IMG/VR virus record: IMGVR_UViG_3300027896_000058
Span: 1 to 52,608 of that record
Reading direction: 5' to 3' (one strand)
From: a virus
Taxonomy: Duplodnaviria > Caudoviricetes
Length of the DNA stretch: 52,608 nt
How positions within the stretch are numbered: the first letter of the stretch is position 1; each line of letters starts with the position of its first letter. The position numbers and the translations under genes were made by a program. The notes under the pieces are model-generated. The model was given only the letters and a program-made list of their open reading frames with translations, was not told the origin of the DNA and ran no database searches. This document shows positions 36,008 through 46,046 of the stretch, piece by piece.

Positions 36008-36996
36008 ACTGGATTTATCGTGCCAATGGCAACGCCCTCGTTCATTTCAAAGTCCAACTCAGGTTCTTCTGTCTGAGTGTTCGCAAGTTGAGAGTCAAGG
36101 ATCGCGGCCGCCTTTGCTTCTAACTGCATCGACTTCTCTACTTCCGAATCGTTCTCAAAGTTGATCCCGAGGCTCATGCACTTGAATGCACCGATAGACT
36201 GGATGACAGGTATGTCAGTGTCATGCTTCATGTCAACGTGCTGGAACTTAACAACCGCGTCCAGCCTGTGAGCAAGTTCCTCCTGCGTGCTGGGTCTGTT
36301 CTCTGCCTTGCAGGTGAGTTCACCGATGGCAAAGCGCCGGTACGAAGGAACCTCTTCGTCGGGATGGTAAGATGAAAGATGATACCTGACGCAAGTTGCC
36401 GGATCCCATGTGCAAAGGTAGGTGTAGCCCTGTGTCTCGTCCTTGTGAACAGATGTGATCTTCCGGAACTTATTGATGGAATAGACCGGAGAGTTCTTGT
36501 TCAAGACAAGGATTTCGCCCGGTTGACCATTCGTGATAACTTCCTTGTCATACTCGTCAAATCCGCGAATGCAGATCTTAGCTCCGTCATCCCCTTCGTC
36601 CTCCGATAAGCACATGAGGTAACGATTGTCACCGGTTGGTATGTCGTATTGAGTCGGAGCGAATCCGCGGTCAATGAGATCCATGTGCTTGAAAGAGTTA
36701 TCGTCAAGCATACCCGGGCCATTCGACAGGAACTCATACCACTGACTCCAGATATGACTGAAGCGACCATTGATCCGGCTCTTAAGAACTTTCTCGACGT
36801 TGCGCGGTAGCGTGACATAGCCATTCACCACACACATTGTAATTGTTCCGACAGTGTTCTTCCACCGTCCTTTGTCCAGCAAGCGTTCCTCGCACTCGTT
36901 GAGGCGGGAGATTACACGAGGATCTGAAGAAGACATACCACCGGAAACGTATGGAGCAACTGCTCTGCGAAGCTTCTTTAATGTGATCTGTTCCAT
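36004..36996 (-). CDS. putative tail adaptor (tubular protein A-like)
   Basis: AAGGAG RBS; RLNECEERLL..G.W...YVTLP pattern; adjacent to the nozzle gene. Confidence 0.55.
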   Translation of the reverse strand: MEQITLKKLRRAVAPYVSGGMSSSDPRVISRLNECEERLLDKGRWKNTVGTITMCVVNGYVTLPRNVEKVLKSRINGRFSHIWSQWYEFLSNGPGMLDDNSFKHMDLIDRGFAPTQYDIPTGDNRYLMCLSEDEGDDGAKICIRGFDEYDKEVITNGQPGEILVLNKNSPVYSINKFRKITSVHKDETQGYTYLCTWDPATCVRYHLSSYHPDEEVPSYRRFAIGELTCKAENRPSTQEELAHRLDAVVKFQHVDMKHDTDIPVIQSIGAFKCMSLGINFENDSEVEKSMQLEAKAAAILDSQLANTQTEEPELDFEMNEGVAIGTINPV

Positions 36997-37004
36997 AATT
37001 CTCC

Positions 37005-37280
37005 TTACGGGGCCAGTGGAACCTTTGTCCACGCGCTGTTGTAATAGACATACCACCCGATAGGCGCTCCGTCAATGTAGGTCTTGAGCCAAGGATAAGC
37101 GCGGTTGTCCGAGTTGGGTTCGTCAGGTCCGAAGTTTACAAGCGAGAGTCCATTAAGACTCTCTGCCAGAACCTCGACGTAATCAGGTATCCGTTCGATC
37201 TCTTCCTTGGCGGAAGCATGCTGAAGCGTTGACGGGACTGTGAGAGTCCGAAGTTTGAATCGTATAGTTGTGTTGCTCAT
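37005..37280 (-). CDS. small virion-associated protein
   Basis: GPDEP....YPWLKT...WYVY.NSAW resembles fibre N-terminal modules. Confidence 0.55.
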   Translation of the reverse strand: MSNTTIRFKLRTLTVPSTLQHASAKEEIERIPDYVEVLAESLNGLSLVNFGPDEPNSDNRAYPWLKTYIDGAPIGWYVYYNSAWTKVPLAP

Positions 37281-37291
37281 ATTTCCTTTCG

Positions 37292-40200
37292 TTACTGAGG
37301 CCCGACGGCCCATGGTTCATACTTCACATTGTACGGGGCGCCTGGCTGCAGTATCATTCCTACAGTGAGCGACGGGGCTCCATTATCTTCATAGTTCATC
37401 TTTCCAATAAACCATGTCAGTCCACCAGCACCAACGATCATTACCGTGTCGCCTGCCTTGTACGGGGCAGTGTCAACCTTGTACGTGATTACATAAGTTA
37501 TCAACGTGCTGGTTGGGTCGTAATACGACCAACCCCACTTCGCGGTTGGAGTATCCAACATCTGAGTGAAGTATTCACCGACGATGTTTCTCCACACCTG
37601 CCATCCTCCACCGTAGTTCACCCACAAGACTCCGTTTGCTACCATCGGCCCGGGCCAATATACAGGCAGAACTTTTATGGTTATCGTTATCAACTGCTTG
37701 TCACTTGCCTTAAGACCTGGATCTACCTCTATCGTTGCCAAGTAAGTTCCATGAGTCAGACCAACTGCAGATACAGAAGTAACCACATCTGCTTGCTGTT
37801 GCATCTCAAGATCATTCGTAGGAACGTTTGTGATCGAAACCTGACTGCTTGGAACAAGAGAGTAATTAAGAGTTGAAGGTTCGGTAGAGATATTCTTCAC
37901 CGTAAAGGTCAACGCTTCAGTGTTCGTGTTGCCTTCAATGAAACTCACCTGAGCCGTTAGAGGAGTCACCTGAAGAACCGGAGTTCCTCTGATGACTTCC
38001 GTAGTCGCATTACCGTTGATCTTTGGATCAGGAGTTGTCGCATTGATCGTAAGAGTAGCGTTTAACTTTCCACCTGTGACAACACCGGTTGTGTTGGCTA
38101 TTCCATTGTGGAAGGACGTATGAGCTGCAGTGAACGAATCAGCCTTGTCTGAACATACTCCGGTAAGGATGAGATCGTTCTTGAACTCTTTGAGAGTCTG
38201 CTTCGTCTTGTTATCAAACGCACGAACGGAGATGTCAAACGTCTTGGTTCTGTATACCTGTTTCTTGACAGTAACTTCAAGACCGATGGACGGCTTGACG
38301 TATATGTTGATCGAAATAGTATCTCCAGTTATCTCTCTTCCGTTCACGATTCCTTTGATCGTGCATAGAGCAACGTACTGAGGACCAGAGTATCCGCTGA
38401 GCATGTTGGTTGACGTGAGGGTCATCGTAGCGCCATCAGCCTTTTGCATTGATACAGGACCATGCGTAGCGCCGTCGGCCTTGTCCATGAGAATAGTTGC
38501 TCCTGCCGGCCAGTCACCATACTTCTCGCAGGTCACAATGTAGTTCATATCAGCAAGAGCGGCCAGAGGTCCACCCTGAAGCTTGTGAACAGTGAGAGAC
38601 TTCGTTGAAGTAGTGTCGGGCTCGACGAACCAGTTGTATCCGTTGAGTCCTCCAGAAACATACTCAGGCCACCAAGGGTATACCATCAGAGGCTTGTCTG
38701 GATCTTTCGGTTCAATCGGAGTTTGAGGGGTTGGCTTCAAAGGATTGACGGGTGTCAATGGCTTTGGATCCAGAGGTACAGGAGGAGGTGGCTGTCTTTC
38801 AGGATTGGGCATCCCGGGATCGACAGGGAACGGAGGCCATGGCGGAGTACTGGTCCCTGGATACATTGGTCCAGCAGGAACAATCGGAACAGTAGGAGTG
38901 CATCCTCCGCCATTTGTACATACAGGAATGATCCCTCCAGTTATAGGATCGGTCAACCACCAGTCAGTAGGAAATCCAGCATCGGGAATTCCTGCATCTA
39001 TTATGTACGCAACTCCGGGATCGAACGTGCCTTCGGTAATCACAAGCCAGTTGCCGACATCGAGGCCGATGATAAGAGCGTTCTCATTCGCAGACTCAAA
39101 CCAGTTCTTGAAGTTGCAGGTTGAGGTGTAGTCAAAGTCATCACGAGGATTGTCGATCCGCATGTTTACCGGAACGAACGAATCATTGACCGGCTGGGCG
39201 ATTGTCTTGCCAAGGAAGTCCACCCGCTTGATCTCTGCATATCCATCCCACTCAAGGCAGAACTGGAACTCGAATCCTGACAGGTACGCAAGGTGAGCTG
39301 AGTTGTCAGAAATAGATTCGTCAAGTGACGGGAATGAAAGCATGGATCTTGACTGAGGCTGACCGACGATGATGTTCAGGTTAGGGGCCGGAGAGTAGAT
39401 CTGTTGGGCAAGGACTTCCATCGAGGATACTTTGCCGTAGTCAGCTCTGTTGTCGGGCTTGACATAGAGAGTGAACGCAACATCGTTTATAAACTTGTCG
39501 ATCCAGATCTTGCACTCTCTCACGCGCTTGAACACATGAGGCACATCCATCAAGGATCCGCTTGTTGAGAACGACTGGAACGGATAGGACTTGGTGTACA
39601 GGCGACAGTTGATCGGCTTGTCTTCGCAATCATACTTCCTTGTCTCGTCGATCTCGTAGAGAAGATTCCTGTTGTTCTCATCCTTCGTGAACGCAAAGCA
39701 TCTCTGCTTGTCATGGAACAATCCAACGACCAAGTGAGTTGGCTTGATTCCGGTCCATATACCATCCCAGGCGGGACCGAGTTCGTTCTTGAGATCACTC
39801 ATGCCTGACTTGGGAGCCAGATCGAGAGAAGCGATACCCTTGAACCTGTAGTCGCGTGTGTCTGAATTGTCGATTGCCTTAGCACTGCAGATCTCTCCGT
39901 TCACGGTCATCAGGATCCTGTCATTGAACAAGACCGCTGAAGCATACGGGAGAAGCCACTGCGTGTCATTGTCGTTGACGTCCTTCATCTCCTGCCATAG
40001 ACGAGCGAATCGCCGGCGCGCCTTGACCTCAGACTTCATGAGCCTGTACGAAGCAAGACCCTGCCAGCTCATGTAGAACATGTCTTCAAGCACTGTGAGA
40101 TTGAAGTAAGGTGAAGCGGATCCATATCCTTTGATCGAGATGTGGCCGATGTTCTGTTCCTGCCAGAGCAAGCGATCCACGAACACGTCATAGTTCGCTA

Positions 40201-40927
40201 TGCCATTCTCTCCGAATACAACCAACGGTCCTTGTCCTGTGCCTGTTTCAAAGTCTGCAATGAACGCCATGCCGGTGATGTTGCCCATGTCTGTCGGGAG
40301 AGCAAAGGCTCCTCCACCATTCAAGTAGGCTGTCTCAGTGAACTGGAGAACTGTCGTCGGGCTTGTCGCCTGATAGATGTCACCTGCCAGGAACTGGTTC
40401 CTTCCGTTCTTGATGAACAATCTGCCGTGTCCATAAGCCATGACCGTACCGATAGGAAGCTCGCTCTTGGATGGATCTGCACGACGAGCGTTGAGCCCGT
40501 TGATGATCATTGGCGTGTTGATTCCATCCTGCACGATCATGAACTGTTCGGCCTGACAGAAGAAGATCCTGTCAATCCACTGGCTCATTCTACCGATCTT
40601 GTCCGACACATGACCGACTCTTCCAGTCTCTCCGTCAATCACGAACACATGACCATTCACCGCGCAGGCGATGTAACAGGTCTCTGCCGTGTTGTATTCC
40701 TTCGCACCCTGGAACCGACCATAGGTGAAAAGGTTGTATGTGAAGAGATTGTCGAAGACAAGGTTGCGAGCCTTGAACCCGGGCCTTGTCTTGATGACGG
40801 CATTGCGGCAGACGACGTTGATGCCCTTGACGTACTGCTTGTCCGTGATGTCTCTCGACGACGATCCGGAGTCCATCCCCTCGACGAGAGAGGTGAATTT
40901 ATCGTTGCAGTTTGAGACATCGCCCAT
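37292..40927 (-). CDS. tail nozzle (P22 gp10/tubular B-like) with Pro-rich linker and Ig-like C-terminal extension
   Basis: GMDS...N...IKTRPG start, beta-rich AYGHGRLF segment; residues ~660-750 Pro-rich; Thr/Val-rich C-terminus. Confidence 0.65.
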   Translation of the reverse strand: MGDVSNCNDKFTSLVEGMDSGSSSRDITDKQYVKGINVVCRNAVIKTRPGFKARNLVFDNLFTYNLFTYGRFQGAKEYNTAETCYIACAVNGHVFVIDGETGRVGHVSDKIGRMSQWIDRIFFCQAEQFMIVQDGINTPMIINGLNARRADPSKSELPIGTVMAYGHGRLFIKNGRNQFLAGDIYQATSPTTVLQFTETAYLNGGGAFALPTDMGNITGMAFIADFETGTGQGPLVVFGENGIANYDVFVDRLLWQEQNIGHISIKGYGSASPYFNLTVLEDMFYMSWQGLASYRLMKSEVKARRRFARLWQEMKDVNDNDTQWLLPYASAVLFNDRILMTVNGEICSAKAIDNSDTRDYRFKGIASLDLAPKSGMSDLKNELGPAWDGIWTGIKPTHLVVGLFHDKQRCFAFTKDENNRNLLYEIDETRKYDCEDKPINCRLYTKSYPFQSFSTSGSLMDVPHVFKRVRECKIWIDKFINDVAFTLYVKPDNRADYGKVSSMEVLAQQIYSPAPNLNIIVGQPQSRSMLSFPSLDESISDNSAHLAYLSGFEFQFCLEWDGYAEIKRVDFLGKTIAQPVNDSFVPVNMRIDNPRDDFDYTSTCNFKNWFESANENALIIGLDVGNWLVITEGTFDPGVAYIIDAGIPDAGFPTDWWLTDPITGGIIPVCTNGGGCTPTVPIVPAGPMYPGTSTPPWPPFPVDPGMPNPERQPPPPVPLDPKPLTPVNPLKPTPQTPIEPKDPDKPLMVYPWWPEYVSGGLNGYNWFVEPDTTSTKSLTVHKLQGGPLAALADMNYIVTCEKYGDWPAGATILMDKADGATHGPVSMQKADGATMTLTSTNMLSGYSGPQYVALCTIKGIVNGREITGDTISINIYVKPSIGLEVTVKKQVYRTKTFDISVRAFDNKTKQTLKEFKNDLILTGVCSDKADSFTAAHTSFHNGIANTTGVVTGGKLNATLTINATTPDPKINGNATTEVIRGTPVLQVTPLTAQVSFIEGNTNTEALTFTVKNISTEPSTLNYSLVPSSQVSITNVPTNDLEMQQQADVVTSVSAVGLTHGTYLATIEVDPGLKASDKQLITITIKVLPVYWPGPMVANGVLWVNYGGGWQVWRNIVGEYFTQMLDTPTAKWGWSYYDPTSTLITYVITYKVDTAPYKAGDTVMIVGAGGLTWFIGKMNYEDNGAPSLTVGMILQPGAPYNVKYEPWAVGPQ

Positions 40928-40929
40928 GA

Positions 40930-41805
40930 TTACAGATTCCCGTTATTTGAAGCTATCCACTGAACATTAATGTTCACATCGTTGATAGCGCCGCATGACT
41001 GCTTGATCGTGAACCCATTCACCGTTATCGCGGTAGGATACACGACAAGGATCGCGCCAAGCGCAGACACAGGATTGTACGACAAGACCACGTTAGGGAC
41101 CGTTGTAAAGGCCTTGGTGAAGGTTACAGTGCCTATCGTTTCATCGGCAGTACTAAGCGTAGGGTTACATCCTGCGACGATCCCAGAGGCAACCAGGTGG
41201 CTTGGTTGGACTGCTGGCCATACCTTGGCGCCGGCTGTCAGGCTCAATCCCGCGGCCATGTTGTTTGAGTCCACGTTCATCACGGTAATGCTGAGAGCGA
41301 TTGTGTCCACTGCCAGAACCTTGTAGAACCCTGCACCCTCTACGAAGATCGTCATGCCAGTCTCGCACCACATGTCAGCGCGCTGGAGGTAGAAGACGGA
41401 CGAAGATGTTCCGGCCGGAGCAACGAAGATCTCGGTTGTCAGGTCGTACAGGGCAAACGGAGAGACTGTCGCGCTATACGACAGATCCGGCTGAGCACAA
41501 GGCATCATGACTGTCCCGATAGGGATAGCAGATCCGGCTGCACCATTGGCGGATACCCCGTCATTGATGACGTAGATGTGAGTTGCGTCAGGTGTTCCTG
41601 TCACTCGGAAGAAGCCTGCGCCGGAGATCCAGATCCACATGCTGATCCGGTACTGACTTGACTGAAGGACTTCAACCGTAGTCTGTGATCCGATGTTTGG
41701 AATCACGAAGGTTTCAAGAAGCTGTTCAGTGAACGGATGAACGTGGTTAACCTGGACTGCAGACTGTTCGATGTTGAATACTGTAAGTGTCGGCGGCTGA
41801 ATCAT
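40930..41805 (-). CDS. putative tail/fibre protein without signal peptide
   Basis: Two GAGF-containing repeats; C-terminal VTFTKAFTTVPNVV...NGFTI...VQWIA (H-type lectin/gp53-like). Confidence 0.65.
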   Translation of the reverse strand: MIQPPTLTVFNIEQSAVQVNHVHPFTEQLLETFVIPNIGSQTTVEVLQSSQYRISMWIWISGAGFFRVTGTPDATHIYVINDGVSANGAAGSAIPIGTVMMPCAQPDLSYSATVSPFALYDLTTEIFVAPAGTSSSVFYLQRADMWCETGMTIFVEGAGFYKVLAVDTIALSITVMNVDSNNMAAGLSLTAGAKVWPAVQPSHLVASGIVAGCNPTLSTADETIGTVTFTKAFTTVPNVVLSYNPVSALGAILVVYPTAITVNGFTIKQSCGAINDVNINVQWIASNNGNL

Positions 41806-41823
41806 AGTGTCCTCTCTTTCGTG

Positions 41824-42300
41824 TTAAACAATTCTCGTTGCAATATACTTCAATTCCTCGCTTGTGGCAAGTTCGGCTGGTTCGACCATGAACGAAGGCT
41901 TATTGATTACCGGCCTTCCAGCAACATTACAAGTCTCAGAACAAAGCTCGGAACAGAACCATTTGTCAGAGTTATCGTTTGAGTCTACGAACCATCTGAC
42001 AATAGGAAGGAACCTGAACAAGCCGATGTAATCATACTTCTTGCCAACCTGAGCGAGAAGGAAAGCTTCTGCTTTCATGTTCTCTTCCCGAGTCAAGACT
42101 GTCTTGAAATCAAACAGATCTACCTTTGTACCCTGAGCATGAAAGCATCCGAAGATCTTGTTATGGCAGATCCCGTGACTTCCCCAGGCTTCGATCTCTG
42201 TTCCATCGCTAAGGATCCATGACGCATGTGAATACTTCGACCATGTTCTCGTCTTGATCCACCAACTCAGAAGACCAGTACCTTGATACAGTGCAATCAT
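41824..42300 (-). CDS. permuted papain-like NlpC/P60 (YiiX/YaeF) enzyme
   Basis: YSHA...IEA...GKKYDY...KWFCSEL, with His before Cys. Confidence 0.85.
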   Translation of the reverse strand: MIALYQGTGLLSWWIKTRTWSKYSHASWILSDGTEIEAWGSHGICHNKIFGCFHAQGTKVDLFDFKTVLTREENMKAEAFLLAQVGKKYDYIGLFRFLPIVRWFVDSNDNSDKWFCSELCSETCNVAGRPVINKPSFMVEPAELATSEELKYIATRIV

Positions 42301-42563
42301 TTGCTTCCTCCCATGTAATACTTCAGAACTTCTATCACGGATACTACAAGAGATGCTCCGAGACTTCCGTGAAGGATGGACTGTCCCTTACTCGATGTGC
42401 AGACCTCTCTTCCTGATACGCATCCATTCTTCTGAAGGTCTTCAACCTTCGTGTTCAATGCGTCAATCTTCTTGAACAGAACATCATTCTGTTTTTCGAG
42501 ATTACCTATATTGGCCTCGATTCTCCCCAGCGCCTCAGATGTCGGGTCAATAGATCCAGTCAT
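42297..42563 (-). CDS. coiled-coil protein with C-terminal TM (holin-like)
   Basis: MTGSIDPTSEALGRIEANIGNLE... then a hydrophobic tail. Confidence 0.5.
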   Translation of the reverse strand: MTGSIDPTSEALGRIEANIGNLEKQNDVLFKKIDALNTKVEDLQKNGCVSGREVCTSSKGQSILHGSLGASLVVSVIEVLKYYMGGSK

Positions 42564-42576
42564 TGCTAGATACCTT

Positions 42577-43341
42577 TCAGGATTCGATAAGTGTAATTTT
42601 CCACATGTCCGAGGCAAGACTTGGATTCGAGATGAACGAGTAAGGGAGATAGAAGAATCCCTTATCGCCCCATCCGGATCCCCATGAGTTTTGAACCTTG
42701 AACATCTTTCTCTGGTCGTTGTATCCGACTGCGAGAACCGCGTGTCCGCCCAGAAGCGACTCGTTCCTGGCAGGCATTGGCACGATCCCGGTACGGGCAA
42801 CGATGTCGGATTCAAAACTGTCATAGACAGAGAATCCAAAGACAAAGGGAAATCCAGAAGCAAGGCATGATCTCATGTCGTCAAGACTCTGGATCACTGA
42901 AGCGTATAGCATGACCTGATGTTTGGCCGCATGCGTGTAGCAAGACTTGAGCGGCTTCTTCGTGAACTTGGTCACGTCGTACTTCCACTCAGTTTCCGGA
43001 CAGACTCCAAGAGTTGCGACAGACTTCATCCCGTCACGGATCTGGGCGCCTGAGTCCTGCTTGACAGTGCCTTCCATTTCACGCTCGTTGTAATAGATGA
43101 ACAGGCGGGAAGGCGTAAACTTCTCTTTCGCGTCTTGCTTGATCTGTTCAAAGTAATGGCAGGAAGCAATGGCATTTGCCGTACAGGATCCGAGCTGACC
43201 TTGATTCAAGATCGGGACGATTGGGTTCGCCAGGTCGATCATCGAAGGAAGGTTCTCAGGTATGTGAACCGGCAGGAACTTGAAGTCACGGAAGTCGATG
43301 TGATCCTTATGCCAGCCGTATGATCGTTTGATCTTTTTCAT
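42577..43341 (-). CDS. papain-family (C1) cysteine peptidase
   Basis: NQGQLGSCTANA, SRLFIYYNER, GGHAVLAVGY, QNSWG..WGDKG. Confidence 0.92.
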   Translation of the reverse strand: MKKIKRSYGWHKDHIDFRDFKFLPVHIPENLPSMIDLANPIVPILNQGQLGSCTANAIASCHYFEQIKQDAKEKFTPSRLFIYYNEREMEGTVKQDSGAQIRDGMKSVATLGVCPETEWKYDVTKFTKKPLKSCYTHAAKHQVMLYASVIQSLDDMRSCLASGFPFVFGFSVYDSFESDIVARTGIVPMPARNESLLGGHAVLAVGYNDQRKMFKVQNSWGSGWGDKGFFYLPYSFISNPSLASDMWKITLIES

Positions 43342-43835
43342 CCTTTCACCTTTTGGCTCGGCTTCACTACGATTGTGATCTGACTGCCATAATTACCATT
43401 CGCGTTTACCACGATCCCGTTGTTGACTGTCGGGGAAGCCGTAGCAGTAGAAGCACTGGCCGAAGACTCGTCCTTATCGCTCAGGCCAAGAAGCTTCGGA
43501 TTGTTGGCAATGATCGGCGTCACAACGACAAGGATCGCGGCTGCGGTAACAGTCTTCGGGAACTGTACGGGAACCTGAGCCATTGTCTTGAAGAACCCTA
43601 CCTTTGCCACGCTATCCTTGAATGTCCAGACATCTGCCGTAACTACCCCGCCAGACAGCGATGGAGCCACCTGGATGCCCGTAGGATCGACGATCTTTGC
43701 AGGTACGGGTGTTTGTATGGCTCCGACTGCTTTGTCGGCTCTGAGAGCCATCTGTGTAGGATCTCGAAACGACATATCTTCCCCTGCTACCACACTGGTT
43801 GCCGCCAATACGATCACTGCCATTATCTTGTTCAT
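43338..43835 (-). CDS. signal-peptide protein with internal TM segment
   Basis: MNKIMAVIVLAATSVVA-GED; later VTAAAILVVVTPII. Confidence 0.65.
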   Translation of the reverse strand: MNKIMAVIVLAATSVVAGEDMSFRDPTQMALRADKAVGAIQTPVPAKIVDPTGIQVAPSLSGGVVTADVWTFKDSVAKVGFFKTMAQVPVQFPKTVTAAAILVVVTPIIANNPKLLGLSDKDESSASASTATASPTVNNGIVVNANGNYGSQITIVVKPSQKVKG

Positions 43836-43857
43836 ATCACATACCTTTCTTGTTTTA

Positions 43858-44193
43858 CTATTCATGCCAGTTCCCTCCAAGTTCCGAAAGATGCCACACC
43901 TCATGTCCCAATGTGTATAGGTCAGGGTGTCGCGGCCCGTCAGGTTGCACCCAAATTGTTCTCGTCATCTCATCGTAAAAGCCACGCACCTGTTCGCGTT
44001 TGTGAGCCTCGTGCTTATCCCATTCCTTTTGAATCGTGCCACGATCTGCAACCTTAATCGTGAATGTATCCACCCCATACTCAGCCACGCCCTTATGCAT
44101 CACGCACCCGCAGCCTAGCTGTACGGCTACAACGACACAGAGGATTGCAACCCAGATTAGGCCAAATGCGCGGTAGGTGAGGAGGTGGTTCAT
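43858..44193 (-). CDS. putative lipoprotein mini-zincin
   Basis: Hydrophobic N-terminus ending LGCGC; VRGFY...IWV...TLGHEVWH (HExxH). Confidence 0.6.
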   Translation of the reverse strand: MNHLLTYRAFGLIWVAILCVVVAVQLGCGCVMHKGVAEYGVDTFTIKVADRGTIQKEWDKHEAHKREQVRGFYDEMTRTIWVQPDGPRHPDLYTLGHEVWHLSELGGNWHE

Positions 44194-46046
44194 CTCCCCT
44201 CCAACTTGAGCAATCGCGCTTTCAGTGCCTTACGCGCAATAATCTCATCACGCAATGCCGCTTGCAGGTAGCCGCACCAGCCGACGAGGTCAATGCCAGC
44301 GTTAGGGTCGCCATTGGCGCAAATCTCACGGGGTATCTGCGGGTCATCCAGCATGATGCCAACATGAGTCGCTTGGAACTTAGGCAATGCCGCTTTAGCC
44401 GTTGAGAGTTCATCGCGTTTGGCTTCGACCATCGCAGGTTCAAAACTATCAACGATCAACGCCTTTTCTGCCACGGGTTCCGATACACCCTTTTCATCCA
44501 TTGTTGCGAGTTCCATTAAGGCTTCATCGGTCGTGATGATAGCATCGGCCTTATCCATTCTCTGCAACACTTCCTCGTCACGCACAATCGGTTTACGTTT
44601 CCAGCGGTACACGGGAATCAGTGACAATTCGTCGGCGTAGTTCTTGACCACATCGACTTCAACAATATCCTTCGCGTCACGGTTGCAGGTGTAGGTTGTC
44701 CATGAGTCGGCAATGGGATCGGTCGCGGATGTTTGGACGATGGAGAGGATGTTTGTGCCGGTGGTGGTCCCGATTCCCACGTTGCGCCCAGAAGATATAC
44801 GCATTGCCTCTGCATTGTCGTTATTGTTTGTACCAGCAAAAAATGCCATGTACATAGGAACACTATTGCTGGCAACAGTGCCCTCTGAATACACTTTAAT
44901 TGATGCACTATTAATATACGAATAGCCATCATATCCATGAAATTCTACATTTCCTGCACGATCACCGGAGCTAACAGATACAGGAGCATCGGGATTTCCT
45001 CTAGCTTTTTTCAGGGTAATCACCGGAGGAGATGCGTCCGCAGAGAACTGACTGAATATCGCTGTTCTATCTGCAATGCCAGCAGTAGATATTACTCTTA
45101 ATGGTGTGTTTGTTCCTCCATAAATAACCATCACTGCGTTGGTCACATTGTTCGTTCCTATCCCAACTCGTCCAAGAAACGTATTCACAGCCCCCGCCAC
45201 CGTCTGCGTGATGGACGCGCACGAGATGTTAGTGGCCAAAATGTCACCGGCAACGTGGAGCTTGGCGGCGGGAGAGGTTGTGCCGATGCCGACCAATCCC
45301 CCGAAGTAACTCTTCGTCGTCCCGTCAATATACACCCCGTAATTATTTGACGCGCCAATAAGATTCGCCACGCGCAGGCCGTATTGATTTAGGCATGTTC
45401 CACCTCCCATATAGATATCTCTTGCGGCAAAATGCTCCACGTCTGTTATGGCTATCTTGGACCCTGCAACAGTTTCGGCTCCACTATCGAATCCCCTAAT
45501 ATGGGCCACTGTGCCCGAAGATGATGATCCGAACAAGGGATATGCAAATGCGCCCCGTATATACGGAGTACCTGTAAACTGACTGCGTATATCCATGGCT
45601 GTCGTAAAACCTTGAAAAGCGAATCCCCCGGTGCAATCAAAAGCCATACTACTTAAAATCGGTTGTATCTGAAAATTATTATATACACCCGCTCCGGTAG
45701 GCGCGGCAGGAGACACCGTTGTCCCTAATTGCATATCGTAACTGGCATTTACTACCGCTGTTTTGGTGCTAGCAATGTTCACAATATTACTGAACACGGA
45801 CACGCCCTTGAATACATTAGTCGAGGCGGCAGAGCTATTCGTAATCCCGCCGCTGACTTGGAGGGTTGTTGCGGTAATGTTGGATGCAATCACTTGGGCA
45901 ACAACACCAGATACGGAATTGATACTAGACCACTTCAGAGATGACGTACCTAAATTACCTTCGTTACTTGCTCTTGGGACAACATCTCTCGTTGCACCTG
46001 AACACAGCGAAACCAACAACATAAAATACACGATTAGCTTTTTCAT
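44190..46046 (-). CDS. tail fibre/spike with C-terminal S74-type intramolecular chaperone and N-terminal signal peptide
   Basis: MKKLIVYFMLLVSLCSG-ATR; VGIGTT repeats; WTTY..NR.AK...HVG...C-terminal coiled coil. Confidence 0.8.
   Translation of the reverse strand: MKKLIVYFMLLVSLCSGATRDVVPRASNEGNLGTSSLKWSSINSVSGVVAQVIASNITATTLQVSGGITNSSAASTNVFKGVSVFSNIVNIASTKTAVVNASYDMQLGTTVSPAAPTGAGVYNNFQIQPILSSMAFDCTGGFAFQGFTTAMDIRSQFTGTPYIRGAFAYPLFGSSSSGTVAHIRGFDSGAETVAGSKIAITDVEHFAARDIYMGGGTCLNQYGLRVANLIGASNNYGVYIDGTTKSYFGGLVGIGTTSPAAKLHVAGDILATNISCASITQTVAGAVNTFLGRVGIGTNNVTNAVMVIYGGTNTPLRVISTAGIADRTAIFSQFSADASPPVITLKKARGNPDAPVSVSSGDRAGNVEFHGYDGYSYINSASIKVYSEGTVASNSVPMYMAFFAGTNNNDNAEAMRISSGRNVGIGTTTGTNILSIVQTSATDPIADSWTTYTCNRDAKDIVEVDVVKNYADELSLIPVYRWKRKPIVRDEEVLQRMDKADAIITTDEALMELATMDEKGVSEPVAEKALIVDSFEPAMVEAKRDELSTAKAALPKFQATHVGIMLDDPQIPREICANGDPNAGIDLVGWCGYLQAALRDEIIARKALKARLLKLEGR

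Noticed and set aside
42564-42863. Upstream half of the 188-aa ORF
   Set aside because: Overlaps the C1 peptidase in another frame; a better start with AAAGG RBS is at 42563.
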